From assembly GCA_049999805.1 (NCBI GenBank), contig JBNGIO010006043.1, positions 1-40,917 of the forward strand: a stretch of DNA of 40,917 nt, in the 5' to 3' direction. The position numbers and the translations under genes were made by a program. Shown one piece after another: positions 10,585 to 21,333 of the stretch. The DNA is from Folioceros fuciformis. Taxonomy: Eukaryota. The notes beneath the pieces are model-generated. The model saw only the letters and a list, made by a program, of their open reading frames with translations. It did not search any database and was not told the origin of the DNA. Every line of letters starts with the position of its first letter. Position 1 is the stretch's first letter.

Positions 10585-12445
10585 CTAGAATTGGGAAGCC
10601 CCCCAATGATGGGCCTCATATATCAGCTCCTCATCCGCATCTGGCAAATCCTCATATCCATGAATGTGCTGCGGTATAAACTCGGCGCAACACTTAACAA
10701 TAACAATGATGTAGCACCCGCATAACAATCCTGCCAATATTGTGGACCAACCACCTAAACATGCATCAACTATCCAATTGCCCTCCCTCGAGAACATTAT
10801 GATTAGCTTCATCATAAGACCAAGTGGGCCTTGGTAAGGACTTACAACTAGCTTATCGAGAGACATATATAGCAATTTCTTCACAAATAGTGTCGTGGGA
10901 TATGATGGTACGACCATTGTTGAAGGATCCTTGCAATATAATGGGTTGCATGGCGACTTTTGTCTTTGTGCTGCTTGACGATGTGCCCCAGCCGATTATT
11001 ATGCACTCCACTGTATTAAACCCCCCAAGTCATTGGGCATATTGGTCTTATCCCACGCCCTAGCCCATTATTACACACCCCACTATATCCAAACCCCCCA
11101 AGTCATTGTCCATGTGGGTCTTATCCCAAATGAAGGAAACAAGGCCTCCGATTGTGCACCACTTTCTCATGGAGTCCTACACTACTCGAATATCCTCCAC
11201 ACCATGCATGACAATGAACCATATATCTTTTAATATCGTCATATCATTGAAAGCTTGGTATATAGTGGACATATGTGCTTGTTCCATACAACTGTTATAT
11301 AGTCTTTTTCGAAGCCCTATGGGGACATTCATGATCAATGTGGTATAGAGATGCGGACGTAGAAAACCCTGCATATTCAGCACATACCTCGCCACCACTT
11401 AATATTGCACAATAGCTTCGATATGAGAGATTATGAACTTTTGCAACCCAACCTCCATATCCAAGTCCGCCAGAGCATGGAGCTCATTCTCGAGTCCTTT
11501 CTGCGTATGGACCTCTAAGATGAAAGCTTGGAAAGCTTTACGTAATTTTTTGAGGTTTTCTACATCCTTCACTTGCTACACATAGGAAAAGAAATCCTAG
11601 TTAGTAAAGTGTCATATTGACGAGTAACACAAAGAAGTTTGTGTGCCTACCTTTCCCTCAAATGATGTTTGGAACCATGTGACAACTTCGTCTGTTGAGT
11701 GCACTAGGTATTTACAACGCACCTCGTGAAACGATTCACAAGCAAGATGGTTAACCTTGGAAACCTAGATAACATGGAGCTTTTTCCTTAAAATGATCTC
11801 TTTGATCATGCCATTCAAGTCAATCAAGCCAGTCAACACGGGAGCTAAGGTGCCAACGCCCCGTTTTCTTGCCTTTCCCTTTGCTTGTGCCCCCTCCCCG
11901 GCTTGTGGGCCTCTTTAGCACCATATTTGTTGCATGTGGAATCTTCCGTTCGTCACATGTTCCTCCTCTTCTGCTACCGAAAACTCTTTGTCGATGTCTT
12001 CCTGTTTGTAGCGTGGTGGAAACCAAGCAAGTTGGGGGCTTTCAAGATCCCTACGCTCACTTTTCCTCTGCTTTGCTCTTCCATGATTAGTGTCCGGAGG
12101 CGATAGTGGCAACTAATCATCCAGTCCTTCTCTTGGAGGTTGTGTGTCTTTGCCTTAGCAGCAATTTGTCGAAGGTGCATCATCGCTTTGTACATGTATG
12201 GAGAAGGATTCAGTAGATCTTTTCCCATAAACCTCAAGGACTTGCTAAATCCCTCACTCCAAGGTCACCTTGAGCCTGCACTGCCGGGACTTGGGCCCAT
12301 AGCCCCTCCTCCCTTGCCACCAGTCACTCTTGCTCCGTCCTTCTGCTAAGATAAGTGCCCTATCCTCGGTGTGGAGGATGGTAAGGCTGTGGCCTCTGTA
12401 GTTGTCGCTACTGGAGGTTTCTTTCTTGTCAGCTTTCGTGGGCAA
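10585..12445 (-). pseudogene. Decayed beta-class DNA amino-methyltransferase (N6_N4_Mtase-like) gene with an N-terminal extension
   Basis: Motifs in beta-class order across frames: YTTLIMNVPIG (motif IV, DPPY-like, 11318-11329), FIWDKT, TVECIIIGWG, then SPYQGPLGLMMKLIIMFSREGNWIVDACLGGWSTILAGLLCGCYII (compare HPxQKP..L...LI..S.EGD.VLDPF.GSGTT..A....GR..IG). Phase-0 GT-AG intron 11650-11576. Several stops and frameshifts; the 5' limit is uncertain. Confidence 0.7.
10984..11128. repeat. Diverged tandem duplication (72 + 73 bp) inside the methyltransferase relic
   Basis: Copies 10984-11055 and 11056-11128 both contain aaaccccccaagtcatt and end ggtcttatccca. Confidence 0.9.
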
Positions 12446-12656
12446 AACTCGCTCTTCAATCCACCTGTGAATTCATTCACACCCTATGTCAAATCCTTCT
12501 TGCTTCAGAGCCTACTTGCCAAGTGAACAACCCCGGAAAGAAGGATGAAAGGACCAACAAGCTAGAAACTTGAAAGGTGCAAACACGAACTGTGTTGGGT
12601 GCAAACGATGCAAGTTTAAGTAGTTCAATGATTCAAGTAGTTCTTCTTCTTTGTAG

Positions 12657-13708
12657 GGGAAGACTATCTTCCAAGCTTTGCTAATTACTAAGGTCTTGAT
12701 TTCATTTCACTTTTTATCAGATATTTTAGAGGTCCTTAATACCTTGAATACTAACTTTCAACATGATTATTTAGAGCCAGTTAGCATAGCTCCGCTTATA
12801 GATTCTGTTGTTGAACATGTCAAAAGTATGTATACAATTGATAGGGTGAGCATGGGAAGTAGAAAGCTTTTCTCTTTCCTTGAAAACTTGAAAAAAAGTC
12901 ATAGAGTGTATGAGGGTTTTGTAATATCTGACTGTTCTGAAACCGAACTAAGCTATTGCATTGCTAATGCTAACAAATAGGCTTTAGCTGTTGTTGATGT
13001 AGTGAATAATAAGTTTCCTGATCTTCGTGTGCTGCATGCTTGTCGCTTATTCAGTCCTAAATTTTTTCTTGAAGATGCAAATGAGCGTATACAGTTAGTT
13101 AATAGTTTGTTAGAGGTATTGTTGAAAAAGTTTGGCACTAACTCTTTGGATGCAAATACTAATGTTGTTGACCCTTTTGTAGTTGATAAAGTGTGTCAAG
13201 TTGAGTTGGTAACATTTGTGTCGATCTTGAAGTCTTCTTGTGCTGGATTGAGTATGTTAGCAGCTTATAAAATATACTCAACAGCTAGGGAGTGGGTAAT
13301 ACTAACACCCTCTATGTTACGTCTTTGGGAATTATGTTTGGTCATACCTTGTAATACTGCTATATGTGAGTGAGGATTTTCCAAACAAAACTTTTTGATG
13401 AACAACATGAGAACTAATCTTAATATTCTGACCGTTGATGCATTGATGAATATATCCATCAATGGTTCCCATGTTAAGGAGATAGATTGGAATGGTATTT
13501 TTAAAGCTTGGAAAGACCAACCCCGATGATAGAATATACTAGATATTTTTGTATTTTAATAATAATATTATTCATAAATATTATTTAATATTATTATATT
13601 TAGTGACCAAGGGTTGCAAAAAGGCATGGTCCCTCGGTCCGGGACTAAGCATAGCCAGGCTAGGCGGTCCCGGTGACTGAGGTAGTACTCAGTCAAAATG
13701 ACACCTTG
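12657..13708 (+). mobile_element. 5'-truncated hAT-superfamily DNA transposon (ZNF862/ZMYM1-like transposase C-terminus, dimerisation domain), pseudogenised
   Basis: One frame 12657-13529: FHFLSDILEVLNTLNTNFQ ... LCLVIPCNTAICE*GFSKQN...RTNL...VDALMNISING...W, matching the hAT dimerisation motif (P.S.A.CERGFS). Stops at 12978 and 13371. GC-rich subterminal region ends aaatgacaccttg (13696-13708), resembling a CAGGG-type TIR. Confidence 0.8.
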
Positions 13709-14112
13709 CTCATAGCGAGCTAGTTCCAAAAGATAAACAAGGGTTTAGAGGTCACTCAAAGTAAGAACACAATAATAATCGTAGAAATAAAAATGAAATT
13801 CAAGTCCTTATACCTAGTGAAATAGATGCCAACTTCCCCAGCCAGCACAGTCATGAGAAGGTCTATGACCTCTCTTAGAAGACCAATCAAAGGATGAATC
13901 AAAGGACTCGGTTCGGTTAGCGACTGAAAACCATTTTATTTAAAAAGTGTTCATTTTCTCTCAAAATAAGCCAAGTTGTTAAGACGAAGGGCTTTCTCCG
14001 GGTCTACGTACAGTGTATGTATGAGGCAGGGTGCCCGAGTGGTGGGGCCATCTGCGCTTTCTAACTTATTCTTATATCTCTACATACTGTAAGACCTGCT
14101 CGTAGTGGAGTG

Positions 14113-14122
14113 GCCACGTGGC
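14113..14122. promoter_or_regulatory. Palindromic G-box (GCCACGTGGC) upstream of aldose 1-epimerase
   Basis: Perfect 10-bp palindrome ~365 bp upstream of ATG 14486; matches the known bZIP/bHLH G-box. Function untested. Confidence 0.4.
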
Positions 14123-14485
14123 AATGACACTGTTCAAGGTGGAGGGTGACGACACCTGAGGGAGGCTTGGAGAAGGTGGACCGTCAAGGTGGAGCTTCAC
14201 TTCTCTGTCTCTATCGGTTCCTGAACAGGGTTCGGATTTACTGACCCGCTTTACAGGCAGTGCCGACTCGGATATACGTATCTACATGCCTACGCTTCGC
14301 AATATATTCTGGATTCTGGTCTTGGAGCACGAAACGCGTGACTCGCTTTACTTTACTCGGGTACGACAGAAGTGAGACACACTGTTGCTACTTACATGCC
14401 GCGAGGCCATCAGTTTTGTTCGTGTTTCCCCAGCTGCATTGAACTTCAGAGAGGAATTCGCTGAATTCTTGCCCCCTCTGAAAGT

Positions 14486-15915
14486 ATGGGAACGGTTAGC
14501 AAGGAAGTGATAGTGGGGAAGGAAGGAAGTGAGGTGAACGTGTACCAACTGGAACGAGGTCCCATAGCTGTTAAGGTCACTAATGTAGGTGCCACAATCA
14601 TGTCAATCACGGTGCCAGATGCTGAAGGTGAGTTTGTGTTCTCCAGTGCAAACCGCCTCGTGAAGCACTCTCTCTTGGTGTTGTGTGTTGACTGATGTGC
14701 AGCAGAAGGGGTGGGGTATCATCATCTCCATTTGACTACTTGGTTTGGGTGGGTTGTAGGTGAAGTTGACGACGTAGTCCTGGGTTTTGACAGCCTCAAT
14801 CCCTACCTGGCAAACCTTCTCAACCTGCTCATGCTGAAGTTGTTGAATTTGCATGCTGAAGCTGTTGAATTTGCATGTTCGCATGGTTTTTCACAATCAC
14901 AATCAAGGTGCTGGAATGCTAGAACTTGCGAGAAAGGGGCGATGAGTGCTAGAACTTACAAGAAATGGCTGATGAGTGCAGAACGGCACTTCCCCCTACT
15001 TCGGTTGCATAGTAGGGAGAGTGGCCAACCGGATTGCTGGTGCGGAGTTCACACTTGACGGGGTGAGACACAAGCTCCCTGCAAACAATGGTCCCAACAC
15101 TCTTCACGGTGGAGAACAAGGGTTTGATAAGGTGCTCTGGCAGTCCAAGGAGGTGGACAATCCGAAAGGGCCATCGGTGCAGTTCACCTATCGAAGCCAT
15201 GACGGGGAGCAAGGTATGCATGCGTCCATGATCGCTGCTGCATCCAGCCGCCAATTTTTGTCCACTAAACCCTGATGTCTTCAAATCGTTGACAGGTTTT
15301 CCAGGGGACCTGGATGTCGCGGTGACGTATACCTTGACGTCGGACAAGGAACTGGAAACCAGGATGGAGGCCAGTCCCAGCACTAAGGCCACTCCTGTAA
15401 ACTTGGCTCAGCACACATACTGGAACTTGGGAGGCCACGGCAGCGGTGATGTTCTGGAGCACGAGATACAGATATTCGGTGACCACATCACCCCAGTGAA
15501 TGAAAACCTCATTCCTACCGGTGAGATCAAACCTGTAGCGGGAACTCCGTTCGACTTCACGCAGCTGCAAGTTATTGGGAGCCGGATTCACCAAGTCCCG
15601 GGTGGCTACGATCACAATTACGTTTTGCGGAAAGGAAAAGACTCTTCAGAGGTGGATCTGGCAGCAAGAGTGAAGCACATCAAGAGCGGCAGGGTTTTGG
15701 AAGTACTGACTAGCGCACCTGGAGTTCAATTCTACACCGGCAACTTCTTGGACGGGATGGCAGGCAAATCTGGAGCCGTGTACAACATTCACGCAGGCCT
15801 GTGCTTGGAGACGCAGCACTTCCCTGATTCCGTCAACCAGCCGAGCTTCCCTCCCATCATTGTTCAACCTGGAGAGACATACAAGCAAGTGATGATCTTC
15901 AGATTTTTCCCGTGA
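14486..15915 (+). CDS. galM: Aldose 1-epimerase (galactose mutarotase); exons 14486-14627, 14760-14809, 14982-15213, 15296-15915
   Basis: Spliced protein contains DVVLGFD, PYFGCIVGRVANRI, LHGG, GFPGDL, NLAQHTYWNL, GYDHNY, GVQFYTGNFL and CLETQHFPD. Intron 2 is GC-AG. Confidence 0.95.
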
Positions 15916-15930
15916 TGATGACCAGCTCAG

Positions 15931-16013
15931 TCTGTATGTGTCCTAGCTTATGAGACCAGATCTGTACGTGTCCTAGATTATGAGACCAGCTGCGTACGTG
16001 TCCTGGGTTATGA
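15931..16013. repeat. 30-bp tandem repeat, ~2.8 copies, in the 3' UTR of aldose 1-epimerase
   Basis: tctgtatgtgtcctagcttatgagaccaga / tctgtacgtgtcctagattatgagaccagc / tgcgtacgtgtcctgggttatga. Confidence 0.9.
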
Positions 16014-16521
16014 CAATCCACGTCGTGGAGTGGAGTCACAGCCGTGCCGCCTTCTACCTTGGTCGAAGGCCTGTTACAACAATATGGAGACGGCAATTGC
16101 AGGGGTCGCAGCCCAAAGGACAAGAGGGCCGCGGTCGCCGCTATTTTAGCGGCGAACTGGGCGGCGCCGCCGATCGATTTGGGGATCATACATGACTATG
16201 GCGTCCGGCGATCGCCGGCTTCTCTGACGGTGCTCTTACGCGCTCGCTCCTCTTCAACGGAGACTTGTTCGGCCAAGTTCTGGCATTCTCGCTTTGGTCC
16301 GTTGCCCCCGGGCACCGGATGGGCTGTCCCGAACTGTCCCGTGCAGTAGAGAGCTGGTGAGCACGCTCCAGCACGGCGGGTACCATGTGCAGTAGCAGTA
16401 TCATGAGATTGAGGGCCCGCACATCGTTCCAGCTAACTTTTCTCGGAAAGTGAAGACAGGTTCATGAAGAGCCCCAGTGGCGTGTGTGATATATTCCAAT
16501 TATGAGAAGGGTACACCCCGC

Positions 16522-19500
16522 TCACAAACCGCGGTAACTTTTGCGGTCCGTCCGAGATACCTCGTCTAGGTTACTCAAAAACCTGCAATTCGAACGGGAC
16601 GGGATTAGAGGCGGAACCCATGGGAAGAGACAAGCCACTACGCCTGGTCTTACTTTGCGGTGTTGAGAACTGTGGAGCCGCCGAGATACACTCTGGTGCT
16701 TGGATTGCCAGCGTTTTGCAACGCTACAGCTCGAGCCTCCTCGTAAGTTGAGCCGCCAATGATGAATACAATCAAGTCTTGTGGGGGCCTGTGACCACGG
16801 AACACAATGCGATCATCAGAGACAACTGAAATAGGTCAACATTTGGATCAGACACAAATCCAGCCTGTCCAACCTTGTTGCCTGCTGCATTATGTTGCCA
16901 ATTGCCGGATAATCCATGTCCTTCACCCGTAGCTTCACGACACTTTCGATGATTTGAGTGACGAGGGGCTGGTGCTGTGTGTACACGTTCTCAACGCCCT
17001 GACAGAAAGAACACAATTTTGTCAGTGCCGTTGGTAGTCATGAGGCATGAACAGAGGATGACAAGACCCACAAACTTCACCCAAAGACATCTAGGAAAGG
17101 ACCCACCTTCAACCCTCGGGCCATGTTTCGGGCCCGGTTGAATAAATCCCTGTTTCCATAAAGATCTCCAGTCCGTTTATCCACACCAGCTTGCTTCAAT
17201 AACGTGCGCACAAGCTGAAACAGACAACACAGTGCCTAATTACACAAAACCTCCACAACTCTGTGAGACCTTCCCGACTGGCATTTTCAGTACCACAATC
17301 CCAGCAAAAGACAAATATAACAACCATGGCGCATCATGCTGCTGTCGCATGTCCAGATTCAAAGCACATGGACGTTCGCTTACATTGAAGTTGTAGTTAC
17401 TGCTGCGTGACGAGAGTTTAGAAATCAGCTGCTCCAACATCATTGGGTTTTCTTTCTCATATCGAAGAGCATACAGCATCACAAGGCGTATTCTGTCCAT
17501 GTCAGCTATCCGTTCATTGTTCAGCTGATTCACAACAGCCTGTGCAAGACCAGAAGTAAGCTCTCATCCGTACACTACGCCTTGTACTTGCAAGACTTCT
17601 GACTCCAAGCCCAAGGATATACCTCAAAAGCAGCTTGTTGTCCAGCATTGCACGCAAGTTCTTGTTCTGTTTGTGAAACTGACATCAGTTGCCTTTCATC
17701 CACAATTCGACTCATCTCTGTCATCATAGTCACATGTTTGGAAACATTGCCCTGCATTTTCCGATACTCGGGATAGTTCTCAACAAAGCGAACCATGTCA
17801 TCTGCATCCAGCACCTGTTGTCTCAGAACACACACGTCACACCATCCCACTAAAGCTTCAAATACACGGCCTGAAGGACATGTACCAAGAGATTGGATGT
17901 TCTGGTTGCTTTTAGCGGTATGCTGAAATTCATCCACCATCTTCTTTATGTTGGCTCCAAGATCCCCAAAGTTCTCATACATATTTGACTTGAAAAAGGG
18001 ATCTTGTTCTGACGATAGAACCACCTCCTAAGAACAACGAGCCTCACACTGTTAGTGGATTTACAGAATCCATACAGATCTAAGATGCCCAGTGATCTTA
18101 GAGCATACCTGCTGATCTGTGGGAACCTTAGAGAGATGCTTCAAGTCCACTCTATTGTCTTGAATGCCTATCAGCTCATGGACCATGGCCTGCATCAAAG
18201 GCAGCCGTAGACAGTGAACAGGGAACCATGGCATCTTCCACAAAGTCTCTTTGCCAGTGGCAGGCAAGTTTGCAGCTGGGAATGAGATAGCTCTAGTTCA
18301 TTGGAAACAAAATCGTGCACCACAAAACCTGATATGTCCACTGGTTCAGAAGAGGCGTCACTGGATCGTCCCGTCTATCCATAATCAAAAGCAGAGGATG
18401 AACATCGGGTCGTCTGAAGTCAAACAGCCCGCTCTCAGTTTCGTACATTAGCTTCTGCAGACAGTTCAAATAGTCTCATTCGCATGATTTGGATGAACAA
18501 TCAGCAAATATATGTCATGAGAACGGAGGAAAATCATTCAGCAACATGGAGACAGACAAACACACCGCTGAATCTTGGGCAATTCGACGTGCTATCTCGG
18601 AAGTACGAGAGTATCTCACGATGGGACGCTTCTTTAATGAGAGACAAAAAGCTGTAATGCCTTCCACAATCCGATCTACAACCTGTTGGCTCATTTGTGG
18701 GTCCAAGACTGTTGGCATCAGACAAACGTGATTCGCGGGAAGATTGAGGGAGAAATGGAACGGATCAATAGCAAAATAGTCTGCAAAGTACTCCTGCAAA
18801 CCACCACCTTTCATGATTTACAAAACGTGCCACCGCTGTTGGACACAAGGGCCTGAAGCAGAAAACTGACAAGCATTTCCTGCCAAACCACAAATCCAGG
18901 ACTTACAACACGCTTCAACAAACAATACCGCCACATTTCAACATCGCACAGACACCAAGCTACACACAATACACAGCAAGAAAGGACCCCTTCCACAGAT
19001 CTAGGTAGCTTAACCACACCAATCATTTGAATAAACCCTTACTTGCACTGTTTGGACAGCGTCATGTTCATCTCCATCAGCCAGCATTTGAAGGTACGAG
19101 TTCTTCACAATGTTGGAAAAAACTGCCAAAGAGAACAAGTCAGCTGCACTGCGTCCTGCAGATCGGACGAATTCCACATCACTATCTTGAAAACCTGCTC
19201 CACGATACTCACAAACATGATACTCTCCAAACCGCGGATTCATTAGATGGCGCTTCAGAAGCTGCACATTGTCAAGAGTAGGCCGTAGAAAGCAAATTGC
19301 CTTCAAATGTGTCATGACTGTCTCGGCTCCTGAATCCAGCATCTCGACCAAGAACACCTCCTTCTGCAGCAACTGCGTCTGACTCAAAACCACACTCACA
19401 ATTCCAACCTGCAATCCGGAAAACCAATGATCAGCTCCTCGACCTAGAAGGACGTGCACTGACGTTGTCCATCTCAGGACAGTGAATGAGAAAAACATCG

Positions 19501-19628
19501 GCAGATCGGCCATATCTCATGCATGCACGCCATCTCACCGTCTGCGCATCCAGCAGAATAACTTTCATCCCGGCTATGTCATTCACCATCCGATTTATGT
19601 ACTCCCGGACTCCCGCTACCAGCACCAT
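16522..19628 (-). CDS. VPS45: Vacuolar protein sorting 45 (Sec1/Munc18 family), multi-exon
   Basis: Exon translations: MVLVAGVREYINRMVNDIAGMKVILLD, SQTQLLQKEVFLVE, HLKAICFLRPT, QEYFADY, QAMVHELIGIQDNRVDL, NMYENFGDLG, GNVSKHVTM, LYALRYE, VENVYTQHQP, IVFIIGGSTYEE. Last exon FLSNLDEVSRTDRKSYRGL* ends at 16522. Confidence 0.95.
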
Positions 19629-19939
19629 GGCTGGAGTCGTTGCTGGATTTCGAGTTCTTCCTCGCCAAACCTACAGCCGCAAAAGATCGCGATCTTTGCT
19701 CCTGCTGCTGCTCAGCCAGCGATGATTTGAAGCGGACAGTGATGGCTGTGGGAGCACAATGTCGTGAACTGCTGCACCGATACATTCTGACAGCTAAACT
19801 CTAATAGCTACCTAACCTATTCGGTGGTTAGCTACGACTGTGAGGTCCTTAGTTCATTCTCATACCCAATTATCAAAGCTCGTCGGTGTGCAAGCCACTG
19901 CAAACCTCGAGGAAGAAACTGCAGTCACAAGCGGTCAGG

Positions 19940-20451
19940 ATGCAGGGGCTGCGGGCGCTTCTCGCTCGTAGAACATCCATTGCTCCGCCAGCTCACACCC
20001 GCAGGCTGTCGGTGGAAGCGGGCGGAAGGGAGAAGATCGTGAGTCCGATTGCCAGCTACGATTGTAATTTTACTCTCGCGATCTAATCTCGTTTCCATGA
20101 CTCGCATCTTCGATCACTTTGATCACTGTTTGCAGCTTCTGGATGACGATCCTTATCTGGCCCCCTACAAGTCTACGAAGAAGACAGTGGGCGCCATGAA
20201 ATCATTTGGGGATGTGCTCGTCCTGCTTGTCGTAGCAGGTGAGGTTTCATGCCCTGATGTCATTGAAGAAAGGCTGGATCTGTGTTACCATTCGTGTCGT
20301 GTTAGGTGACTTCTGTGGAGAGAAAATGAAGGTGACATCGATCCTGAACAAGATGGGAATGGTTTCGTTCTTTGTAGGTGGTGTGTATGAGATATTCTAC
20401 AGAGTCCAAGCACGGAAGGCTGCGAGAGCTGAAGAAGCGGAATCTGGCTAG
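19940..20451 (+). CDS. SDH7: Plant-specific succinate dehydrogenase subunit 7, mitochondrial (91 aa); exons 19940-20038, 20136-20238, 20378-20451
   Basis: Spliced at GT-AG sites: MQGLRALLARRTSIAPPAHTRRLSVEAGGREKI|LLDDDPYLAPYKSTKKTVGAMKSFGDVLVLLVVAG|GVYEIFYRVQARKAARAEEAESG. This matches the SDH7 pattern RR...E.G.REK.LL..D..L...KS.KK.V...K..GDVL...VVAG..YEI, with an Arg-rich presequence and one TM helix. Confidence 0.88.
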
Positions 20452-21333
20452 CACTCCAGCTAGAGGACCCTCTTGTCTTCTGTTCCACCTCCGAAAATTG
20501 CAACGTGAGCCATCGATCGTGCTGAACATGGCAGTGGTTTCCGTGTTTGTAATAGTGACATGCCGTGATTCTACAGGGTTGAGTTGTGGGAACGCTGCGA
20601 GGGCTGAAAAAGCTTAACTTGCTGGCGTGCAGCCGGCAGCATCCCTTGTCTTTTGTGCTACTTCCAGCCAGTGCAGTCAGACCCGAATCCTCGAAAGCTT
20701 TCATTGCTGCCAGAGGAAGGGCAGGACGCTTCTTAGGCCATTTGGATCGTCCTTTCACCTCAAAACCGTCATGCCTTCTCTTCTTCTACGAGAAAAGAGG
20801 CTTTTACAGAACGAAGCAGGATGAAACCACAGAGCATGTAAAGCCAGCGGTAGGTAGAAAACACGGTGACAAGTGTAACAGAACCCTAATCGGATGACAA
20901 AGCAGCCCCGACTCCAAATCCCTTGTGGAAGAGTCTCTTCCTCTTCGATCCATGAGGGAAAAGGAATGCGGAGGATGCGTCCTGTTCAAGTATGATAAGA
21001 GTATGGGAGGAGGAAGTCCTAGGAGACGTATGTACTTTCGATCCAAGAGCGTCTCATGGATTTTCACAGCCTGTCAGTCAATCTTAGCGAAAAGCCTCCA
21101 CTTGGGTTCAGCCACTTTCTCGTCAGTCCGCTGCTTGGGTCTCTCCAACCAGAAGGTATGACTGACCTTGCTATTCGATTAATCAAGAATCCTGAATATT
21201 TTTTGTCAAAAAAAACTAAGGAAAATAAAAAGTCTCTCTCCATCAGAGACGCTCTCTAGCGCGGTCACTTTGGTGGACAGATGCCATGCAGTGTGTGTTG
21301 TTAGGCCCATCCTTGGACAGCGGTCCCTGATCG

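Noticed and set aside
10585-12445. Bacterial contamination or a restriction-modification operon
   Set aside because: Contains a spliceosomal-type intron, is embedded among plant TEs and is decayed; no endonuclease gene is recognisable.
13674-13708. Helitron 3' end (hairpin near terminus)
   Set aside because: No CTRR at the expected distance, and the adjacent coding remnant is a hAT transposase, not Rep/helicase.
15931-16013. 30-bp repeats as a CRISPR array
   Set aside because: Head-to-tail tandem repeat with no unique spacers, no cas genes and a eukaryotic context.
20600-21300. Short overlapping ORFs between SDH7 and the PPR gene
   Set aside because: No recognisable motifs or consistent splice structure; probably UTR/promoter sequence.
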